DNA of 64,000 nt, taken from NCBI GenBank assembly GCA_964452045.1, contig CAYVKM010000009.1, positions 2,925-66,924 of the forward strand. Reading direction: 5' to 3'. The translations under genes and the position numbers were made by a program. This DNA comes from an uncultured Calditrichaceae bacterium (GTDB lineage: Bacteria > Calditrichota > Calditrichia > RBG-13-44-9). Shown piece by piece: positions 29,843-37,387 of this stretch. The notes under the pieces were generated by a model. That model did not search any database. It saw only the letters and a list, made by a program, of their open reading frames with translations, and had not been told where the DNA came from. Positions within the stretch are counted from its first letter, which is position 1. The number at the start of each line of letters is the position of its first letter.

Positions 29843-30916
29843 TCAGGTTTTGACTGAAAATAAATGATTGATTCTTTTTAATTGTAAGACGTTCTTTCGT
29901 CCCCGGATGAAATATTCCCAGGTGATACTCCCCGGATAAACCAGTCTAAATATATCCCGGTCATTAACATTCCTCAATCGTTGGACTTTTTTACGACTTC
30001 TTATTAGCAGTGGTATATGAGAAATCAGCCAGGTGTAGGCCCGTAAAATTGACCAGCTCTTTTTAATTTTACCCTTAATGAGCTCAAATAATAAGGCACT
30101 AAAATCCATAAACAAACGCTGCAAAATAATTCTGGCTAAATTAACCATACTTAGGTTTTTTGCCAAAAGAAAAATATTGTTTCGGAAATTCCAATAGGTT
30201 TTCTGGGGATTATCTACAGATAATGTTCCTCCCCCTTTATGCCAGACTTTCGACTGCGGAATACAATATATTTTTTTTCCGGAAAAATGAATTCGCCAGC
30301 ATAAATCTATCTCTTCCATATGCATGGTAAAATTTTCATCCAGAATGCCAACTCTTTCGAGGATATTCTTTCGGACGAAAAAACAGGCCCCGGTTGACCA
30401 AAATATTTCTATATCCGTATCGTATTGGCTTAAATCCTCTTCCAGATCGAAGAAAAGTCTTCCCCGCATGAACGGATAACCATAACGATCGATATATCCA
30501 CCAGCAGCGCCGGCATATTCAAATTTTTTGGGATTATTTAAATCGAGCACTTTGGGTTGACAAGCCACCATCTCGGGCCGGCTTTGAAAGGCCTGAATTA
30601 TCGGTTCAAGAAAATTTGAATCCACCACAACATCATTATTCAACAGGCAGATAATTTTCCCCTTGGCAATTTTGATTCCCTCATTATTACCCCGGGCAAA
30701 CATATAGTTTTCCGTATTTTGAAGGATTTTGACCTGGGGAAAATTTTTCCGGACAAATTCCACACTTTCATCCACCGAAGCATTATCCACCAGAATCAGT
30801 TCAACTGGTGAATAGCTTATTTTCGCCAAAGAATTGTAAAGAAGTTCAAGGTAATCACGTCCGTTATAATTTACAGTAATTATTGAAACAAGTGGATTTT
30901 GACTGACTTCTGACAT
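29843..30916 (-). CDS. GT2 family glycosyltransferase (rhamnosyltransferase-like)
   Basis: VDNASVD, FARGNN, LLNND, FEYAGAAGG, W.TGACF, HMEEIDLCWR. Confidence 0.9.
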   Translation of the reverse strand: MSEVSQNPLVSIITVNYNGRDYLELLYNSLAKISYSPVELILVDNASVDESVEFVRKNFPQVKILQNTENYMFARGNNEGIKIAKGKIICLLNNDVVVDSNFLEPIIQAFQSRPEMVACQPKVLDLNNPKKFEYAGAAGGYIDRYGYPFMRGRLFFDLEEDLSQYDTDIEIFWSTGACFFVRKNILERVGILDENFTMHMEEIDLCWRIHFSGKKIYCIPQSKVWHKGGGTLSVDNPQKTYWNFRNNIFLLAKNLSMVNLARIILQRLFMDFSALLFELIKGKIKKSWSILRAYTWLISHIPLLIRSRKKVQRLRNVNDRDIFRLVYPGSITWEYFIRGRKNVLQLKRINHLFSVKT

Positions 30917-31147
30917 GGTGAGAACTTACCGACTCCGAACTTTCACGTTTTGATAGAACTACTTTTTCTAACATTACAAAAGGCCATAAATATCTATAGG
31001 TTTTAATGTTGAATCAAGAATAAAAAATATGATTCCTCTTAATGGTTTCAGATAATGACTGAATAAAACTTCATCGTTTTTAACTTAATATTGGATAAAA
31101 AATGCAATTCATCTGAAAATATTTTCGTATCTGATAGTTCAGTTTTT

Positions 31148-31456
31148 CTATGATTTTTCCTGGGTAGTAGTATCACTTTCTTCAGAATCTTTCCCTGCGC
31201 TAACACAACTTAGCTTTAAGTCTGAGATTGTTTGTTTCAAAATTCGATCCTCTTCTTCTCCCAGATTGCCCTTTGTTTTAATTTTCAGCATATCCAGCAT
31301 GTCAATAATAACCTTCACCAGGTTCAGATTCTTTTCAATTTTGTCTGTCACAGGATTTTTTAATTTTCCCAGACTTACCCAGGCCTGCATCTGGTATTGT
31401 TGAATCAAAGTGATAAATAATGCTTCATTTTTTTGCTCTTCAGTCAGTGCATCCAT
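31148..31456 (-). CDS. DUF1844 family protein
   Basis: LGKLKNPVT.K...NL......IDMLDML..KTKGNL..EE. Confidence 0.88.
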   Translation of the reverse strand: MDALTEEQKNEALFITLIQQYQMQAWVSLGKLKNPVTDKIEKNLNLVKVIIDMLDMLKIKTKGNLGEEEDRILKQTISDLKLSCVSAGKDSEESDTTTQEKS

Positions 31457-31597
31457 AAATTCACTCCAATTCTTAATTAAACGTGAAAACTTAAAAAGTT
31501 CATTGAATAAATATCTTTTAATAACTTTTAATTTAAATTATTTTATGAATCCAAAACGGATTATGACAATATAATTCAGGAATTAGAAATTTACCAG

Positions 31598-32662
31598 GTG
31601 TCAATGGAAGAGTTGCCTCAAAATAAATCTTTAGTCGGTTTGAGTAGAATCGAATTATCCGAGCTGATTTTATCCTGGGATCAATCGGAATACCGGGCAA
31701 ACCAAATATATAAATGGGTGCATCATCAAAATGTGGATCGATTCGATGAAATGACCAATCTCTCCAAGCCCCTGCGCAATAGACTGATGGAAAATTTTAT
31801 TTTAAAAACACTTTCGCTTCATCAACGGGAAATTGCCTCCGACGGTACCGAAAAGTATCTCTGGAAATTATACGATGGGCGATTTATCGAGAGTGTTCTT
31901 ATCCCGGAAGCCAAAAGAAATACGATATGTATTTCCTCTCAGGTCGGCTGTTCGCTGGGATGCAAGTTTTGCGCTACCGGAACCATGGGACTTCTAAGAA
32001 ACCTAACCACTGGTGAGATCGTGGAACAGGTTCTGCAAATCAAAAAGATATCCAAACACCAGGTAACCAATGTGGTTTTTATGGGGATGGGAGAACCTTT
32101 TATGAATTATCACCGATCGGTCCAGGCAGCACAAATCCTGGGCGATCCTGAAGGTTTGGCCATCGCCGGCAAAAGGATTACCATTTCAACCAGCGGTGTT
32201 GCCCCAAAAATAATTCAATATGCGGATGAAAAGCTTCCCTTCGGTCTGGCCATTTCCCTGCATGCGCCAACCCAGAATCTGCGGGAAAACATCATGCCCA
32301 TCGCCAAAAAATTTCCGCTGGATGAATTAATGGGGAGTGCAAGATATTATACCAGCGTCAAAAAACGTAATCGGATAACCTTTGAATATGTTCTTCTTCA
32401 CGGCATCAATGATTCTCAGAAACAAGCCAAGGAATTGATAAAATTACTGGCTCCATTAAGATGCAAATTAAACATAATTCCCTGTAATCAGAATGATCTC
32501 GGCTATGTTCCCCCGTCTGATGAAGAGGTCAATAAGTTTACCCAATCGTTAATGCAGGCCCCCTTTGCTATAACGGTACGCAAAAACAGGGGTGAAGATA
32601 TTACTGCCGCCTGTGGCCAACTTGTGGTAAAAACTTCTGAAAAAGTAATTTATATGAAGTAA
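31598..32662 (+). CDS. rlmN: 23S rRNA (A2503-C2)/tRNA methyltransferase, radical SAM
   Basis: CISSQVGCSLGCKFC, MGMGEP, ISTSG, SLHA, EYVL, AACGQL. Confidence 0.96.
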   Translation: MSMEELPQNKSLVGLSRIELSELILSWDQSEYRANQIYKWVHHQNVDRFDEMTNLSKPLRNRLMENFILKTLSLHQREIASDGTEKYLWKLYDGRFIESVLIPEAKRNTICISSQVGCSLGCKFCATGTMGLLRNLTTGEIVEQVLQIKKISKHQVTNVVFMGMGEPFMNYHRSVQAAQILGDPEGLAIAGKRITISTSGVAPKIIQYADEKLPFGLAISLHAPTQNLRENIMPIAKKFPLDELMGSARYYTSVKKRNRITFEYVLLHGINDSQKQAKELIKLLAPLRCKLNIIPCNQNDLGYVPPSDEEVNKFTQSLMQAPFAITVRKNRGEDITAACGQLVVKTSEKVIYMK

Positions 32663-32692
32663 AATGAAAGGTATAGAAAAATAGACAATAAA

Positions 32693-33604
32693 TTACATCA
32701 TCTTTTTTCTTTTCAACATATACCTGATTAAGGCTCTATCGAATGGTTCATCGGTTATGATATTCTGAAAATCGATCTGAAAATTAAGACACTCCTTTTG
32801 TAAATTATTATAAAACTCATCTATGCGCTGGCGATAGCGCTCCCTCAAAAAGAAGGGTTGGGTTTTCACTTTTTCCCCGGTCTCCATATCAATAAATGTG
32901 GCATCCTGTTTAAAATCAAAAAATTTGTCCTGCGGATCTAATATGTTAAATACCAATATTTCATGGTCATAGTGCCGAAAATGCTTTAATCCCTGCAGAA
33001 TTTTTTCCGGATCTTCGTAAAGGAATTCGGTTAATAGGATAATCAATCCCCGGCGTTTGATTTTCTCGGCTAATTCATGGAGCGTTTCACTGACATTTGT
33101 GGTTTGTCTTTCTAATTTAATTTCATTTAATTCCTTGAGGATAAATTGTAAATATCCGGAGGTTGATTTAGGTGGTAGAAAGCGGTGTATCTTATTGGAA
33201 AAAGTCGCCAGACCTACCGCATCCCTCTGCTTTATTAATAAATAAGACAAAGCGGCAGCCAGATAGGTAGCATATTGAATTTTTGAGATCTTTTTACTGG
33301 CATAGCCCATGGATCCTGAGATATCCAGAATAAGATAGGCTTTGAGATTGGTTTCTTCTTCGTACTGCTTTATATAAAAACGGTTTGTCCGACCGTAAAC
33401 CTTCCAGTCTATATCCCGGATATTATCTCCAGGCATATATTGCCGGTGTTCACTAAATTCCACACTAAATCCATGGTACGGACTCTTGTGCAGGCCAACC
33501 AGAAATCCTTCGACAATAAACTTGGCGATTAACTCCAGATTCTTTATAGTCGAAACAACGTCCGGTTGTAAATATTTTTGAAAATTTAAATTTCTTTGTT
33601 CCAT
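32693..33604 (-). CDS. DUF58 / vWA-domain protein
   Basis: GLHKSPYHGFSVEFSEHRQY.PGD.IR.IDWK, KQYEEETN, LDISGSM. Confidence 0.92.
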   Translation of the reverse strand: MEQRNLNFQKYLQPDVVSTIKNLELIAKFIVEGFLVGLHKSPYHGFSVEFSEHRQYMPGDNIRDIDWKVYGRTNRFYIKQYEEETNLKAYLILDISGSMGYASKKISKIQYATYLAAALSYLLIKQRDAVGLATFSNKIHRFLPPKSTSGYLQFILKELNEIKLERQTTNVSETLHELAEKIKRRGLIILLTEFLYEDPEKILQGLKHFRHYDHEILVFNILDPQDKFFDFKQDATFIDMETGEKVKTQPFFLRERYRQRIDEFYNNLQKECLNFQIDFQNIITDEPFDRALIRYMLKRKKMM

Positions 33605-33747
33605 TATTTACCCAATAGCTATTCTATCCGATCAAAAGTAAGAAATTATTTTAGCCGCTAAAATTATTATTTAACTTAACCTGTAACTTTGAAAATAATC
33701 AATACATCCAATGCACGGACTTATGAACAGGAAAAAGGAGTTTTAGT

Positions 33748-34698
33748 ATGACCAAGCAAAAACATTATAAAGTAATTATAATAGGATCCGGTGCTGCCGG
33801 ACTCACCTCGGCGTTGTATGCTTCGCGGGCTAATCTGGAACCCCTGGTCATAGAAGGAATACAGCCAGGTGGTCAGCTGACGATCACCACCGAAGTCGAA
33901 AACTTTCCCGGGTTTCCCGAAGGAATCCAGGGTCCGGATTTAATGGGCCGGATGCATAAACAGGTCGAAAAATTTGGAACAGAATTTCTTTATGGAACTG
34001 TCACCAAAGCAAATCTTTCCAAAAAACCATTCGAACTGGATGTGGAAGGAAATATTTTAACCTGCGATGCATTGATAATAGCCTCAGGCGCCAGTGCAAA
34101 ATTACTGGGTTTGGAATCCGAATCAAGATTAATGGGTCATGGTGTATCCGCCTGTGCTACCTGCGATGGTTTCTTCTTTACCGGTAAAGAGATAGTAGTA
34201 ATCGGCGGAGGGGATTCTGCTATGGAAGAGGCTACTTTTCTGACTAAATTTGCTTCTAAGGTTACAATTATTCACCGGAGAGATGAATTGCGTGCTTCGG
34301 CGATAATGGAGGAACGAGCCAGAAAAAATCCAAAAATTGAATTCCTGTGGAATAAACAGATAACTGAATTTTTAGGATCAGCCGAATCGGGATTAAATGG
34401 TGTTCGTCTAAAGGACACCAAAACCGGGGAAGAATCGGATTTTAAATGCCAGGGCGCTTTCTTGGCCATTGGTCATGTCCCAAATACCGAGGTGTTTAAG
34501 GGTCAGCTTGAGGTGGATAAAACCGGTTACATTTTGACAAAAGGTAAAAATACTAAAACCAATATAACCGGAGTATTTGCTGCAGGGGATGTTCAAGATT
34601 CAGTTTACCGACAAGCAATTTCAGCCGCCGGTACCGGTTGTATGGCTGCCCTGGATGCTCAGCATTATCTGGAAGAACTGGAATTTCAAAACAGTTAA
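33748..34698 (+). CDS. trxB: Thioredoxin-disulfide reductase
   Basis: IIGSGAAG, GGQL, VENFPG, SACATCDG, VIGGGDSA.EE, HRRD, FAAGDVQD. Confidence 0.97.
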   Translation: MTKQKHYKVIIIGSGAAGLTSALYASRANLEPLVIEGIQPGGQLTITTEVENFPGFPEGIQGPDLMGRMHKQVEKFGTEFLYGTVTKANLSKKPFELDVEGNILTCDALIIASGASAKLLGLESESRLMGHGVSACATCDGFFFTGKEIVVIGGGDSAMEEATFLTKFASKVTIIHRRDELRASAIMEERARKNPKIEFLWNKQITEFLGSAESGLNGVRLKDTKTGEESDFKCQGAFLAIGHVPNTEVFKGQLEVDKTGYILTKGKNTKTNITGVFAAGDVQDSVYRQAISAAGTGCMAALDAQHYLEELEFQNS

Positions 34699-34716
34699 TA
34701 TTGAAAAAAACTAAAT

Positions 34717-34754
34717 AAATAGCCTGATAATTTGTTTTTATCAGGCTATTTTTT
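34717..34754. terminator. Bidirectional intrinsic terminator between trxB and the selenoprotein gene
   Basis: AAATAGCCTGATAA-N7-TTATCAGGCTATTT with A-rich and T-rich flanks. Confidence 0.8.
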
Positions 34755-34802
34755 CTATCCTAAATTTAATCTCGTCAAAGCAGTTTCTAGGAAACTATAA
34801 TA

Positions 34803-35030
34803 TCACTTTTTTTCTAAAATACTAATTATTTCCTGATTTTGCGGAAAACGATGTTGTCGTTTTTTGGAAAAAATAAGTTCTCCATCCACAACCACTTCAA
34901 ATACTCCGCCTCCCGAACGGATAAGTTCAGATTTCTTACCAAATTTTTTCTCAATAACCTCTGCCAGACTGGCAGCCTGAGGGTAGTAGTTTCACTCTGC
35001 ACAGTATTCAATTGACATCTTATTAAACAT
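34803..35030 (-). CDS. SelW/SelT/SelH (Rdx family) selenoprotein, CxxU motif
   Basis: Manual translation through in-frame TGA (34992-34994): MFNKMSIEYCAEUNYYPQAASLAEVIEKKFGKKSELIRSGGGVFEVVVDGELIFSKKRQHRFPQNQEIISILEKK*; Rdx hallmarks I.YC..U and GG.FEV.VDG.LIFSK....RFP; SD-like AAGGTG upstream. Confidence 0.92.
34953..34991 (-). promoter_or_regulatory. Candidate bacterial SECIS element
   Basis: 3' of UGA: AACUACUAC-CCU-CAGG-CUGCCA-GUC-UGGCAG-AGG; apical loop begins with G about 23 nt after UGA. Confidence 0.65.
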
Positions 35031-35106
35031 ATTTTTCACCTTTAATTCTAATTTATTATTTAAAAAGCATTAACGCATTTTTAATTATATGAAAACGAGT
35101 GGGCTT

Positions 35107-36501
35107 TTATGGTAAAATAGTCAATAATTTAGTGGCATTTACTGATTGAATATGGAAAACAATATCATAGATTTCCCTGACATTTACCGGATAAAACAGA
35201 CTACCCGGATTGCTGACCACATAATTATATCCAATGAATCGCATTAATCTCGTATCATCCAGCCATTCAGATCCGGGTGGATTTCCCGGATATTTGAGAT
35301 TCAACATAAAGACCGAACTCCCGGCTTCGTGAAAATAAGCTTCATAACTATCGGCTGGTGGCGGTTCTGCCTCATGAATACAGGGATTACCTACCGAAAA
35401 TATTTCCGGATCTTCCGAAGCCGAATTAAATTTTCCATCATAAAAACTGAAACCGATTATTTTAAACTGATCTCCATACTTGCTTTTTAACTGAGACCCA
35501 AGATTGCCGGCAAAATTTCCCAGATAACCACTATGCGAAAAAAGAATAATTTTTGAATCCGGCCCATTACGATTCAATAAATATTCAATGTTTTCTACCA
35601 TATAGGAAAATCTTAATGTAGGATCTTTGGAACGAGAAACCTCCTCTGTTTGCAAAATAAAATAGGCGTTCTGAAGAGCAAAAGCATATTCTTCAGGTGA
35701 TGATAAATTTACATATTTCTCCTGATTATTCTTAAGCGTATCATACATAGCAACCACATATTGGCGACAAAATTGGCGGAGGTAATTTTTGATAAATGGA
35801 TAATGAAAAAAATGTATTCTAAAATAAATATAGGTTGAGGCAGCCAGAACCGCATTTGCTGAATCAACTTCACTTAGGTAATTTATTACATTGCTTATTG
35901 CTCCATAAGGATATAATATGTCAAATCCACCAAAATAAATGATTGGTTCATTTGGTTGACCGGCATTCTCAATTTGCATCCACTTTACTATATTAGTCAT
36001 TTCTTCCGTATCCCACGTCCACAACCAAAGTCCACGTATTAGGAATTTTAGTATACCCTTGCCTGTAAGAATATAGTCATTGATGTAATCACATTCTGTA
36101 AAATTTGCCTGAAGCGCAAAAATATTAAAATTCTTTTCCCGTATCAGAAATTCGACAATCCTCTGACTGACCGTGAAAAATTCATGCGTTCCGTAATTTG
36201 ACATCGTGAGGGCAACAATCCGGGCGTCACCAATCATCTCATTCAATGGTAGCAAATCTGAATAATTTCCAGTAAATTCGGTAGTATCCAAAGCAATTAC
36301 GTTATTTTGAAGCCAGGTTTTATCCTCCGGTGAAATTGGGTTATTTTGATTAGGTGATGTTGGAGCAGAGTTTTCGGGAGTACAGGAAACCATCAAAATC
36401 AACATTGAACACATCATCACAAAAAAAATGCATTTATTCCCGTATTTTCGATTGAATAAAAGAAAAAATTCGGAATACTTCTTCTTATCAGGAGGTGCCA
36501 T
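35107..36501 (-). CDS. Erythromycin-esterase-fold lipoprotein, catalytic motifs degenerate
   Basis: DL.PL...IGDARIVAL, W.W.TEE...VKWM, GFD, MVENI..LL....PDSKII, G.QL...YG, SYE, YDIVFHI; lipobox MVS-C. Confidence 0.8.
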   Translation of the reverse strand: MAPPDKKKYSEFFLLFNRKYGNKCIFFVMMCSMLILMVSCTPENSAPTSPNQNNPISPEDKTWLQNNVIALDTTEFTGNYSDLLPLNEMIGDARIVALTMSNYGTHEFFTVSQRIVEFLIREKNFNIFALQANFTECDYINDYILTGKGILKFLIRGLWLWTWDTEEMTNIVKWMQIENAGQPNEPIIYFGGFDILYPYGAISNVINYLSEVDSANAVLAASTYIYFRIHFFHYPFIKNYLRQFCRQYVVAMYDTLKNNQEKYVNLSSPEEYAFALQNAYFILQTEEVSRSKDPTLRFSYMVENIEYLLNRNGPDSKIILFSHSGYLGNFAGNLGSQLKSKYGDQFKIIGFSFYDGKFNSASEDPEIFSVGNPCIHEAEPPPADSYEAYFHEAGSSVFMLNLKYPGNPPGSEWLDDTRLMRFIGYNYVVSNPGSLFYPVNVREIYDIVFHIQSVNATKLLTILP

Positions 36502-37369
36502 AGTGAACTCTTAAATTAGATTTTATAAATAACAGACCGTTATTCCGCCGAATTGGCCAATCCAGATATGATTTGGTTAATTCAATCGGATCCTGATTAA
36601 AATGGGCAAGGAGCGCTTCGGGAACATCTTCCTGTTCAATCCAAATAATTGGAACAATTTCATATAGTCCGATAGGAAAACTGCAATAATCGTGTTGATA
36701 GTATGCCACCATCGAATGTATTCCGGGTTGAAAAATCTTTGTCTGTGCTCTAGCACTATTTACTTTCTTAATGGTAAACTCATCCTGTTGATCCTCTTTG
36801 CCATGAAAAATTATCCCATTGAGTGTCTCATCCAGATCATAATAACCCATAATACTCACTGGTTTTGACTGGACTGTTAACCTGATATTAACTTTTATTA
36901 AACCATTATAGCAGGTCATTATGAGCTCCGGTGAAACCAGCACATTAATATCCACCAATTTTTCAAGAACGATGGGCAATTTGAGTCTGCCTTTTTCATT
37001 GATATCAGCACTGGCATAAACAAATTCTCCATTTCTGATCACCACCGAAGCAGAATCCAATTCATAATTTACCATATAAAAAAAGAGATTAAAAAGTCCT
37101 GTAACGCTCCCCCCGGCCTGGCTGGCTTTGGGAGGCAGCGTTAATTCAAATTCACCATCATTGTTCGTACGGGTATATATATCGTACTCCTGTAACCAGA
37201 CAAAAACGTCCTGAGGAGAATTTTGATCGTTTAATTGCACTTTACCTTTAACGGTCCTGCGCGAGGTTTCTATATCACCTGAATCCGAAAATGGATTCTG
37301 GGTACATTGAATCATTAGTATAACCACAACCATGAGAACAATTTCTTTGATGGTCAAATATTTACTCAT
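36488..37369 (-). CDS. Hypothetical lipoprotein with carboxypeptidase-regulatory-like (prealbumin-fold) domain
   Basis: Lipobox MIQ-C followed by TQNPF; V.GKV.L...VFVWL.....TRTN.DGEF.L. Confidence 0.7.
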   Translation of the reverse strand: MSKYLTIKEIVLMVVVILMIQCTQNPFSDSGDIETSRRTVKGKVQLNDQNSPQDVFVWLQEYDIYTRTNNDGEFELTLPPKASQAGGSVTGLFNLFFYMVNYELDSASVVIRNGEFVYASADINEKGRLKLPIVLEKLVDINVLVSPELIMTCYNGLIKVNIRLTVQSKPVSIMGYYDLDETLNGIIFHGKEDQQDEFTIKKVNSARAQTKIFQPGIHSMVAYYQHDYCSFPIGLYEIVPIIWIEQEDVPEALLAHFNQDPIELTKSYLDWPIRRNNGLLFIKSNLRVHYGTS

Positions 37370-37387
37370 TTTAATTCAACCTTATAA

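Noticed and set aside
34826-35011. 61-aa ORF from the ORF track
   Set aside because: Out-of-frame shadow of the selenoprotein gene; no motif of its own.
35107-36501. Functional macrolide-resistance esterase (ere)
   Set aside because: Catalytic Glu/His motifs are substituted; no mobile context.
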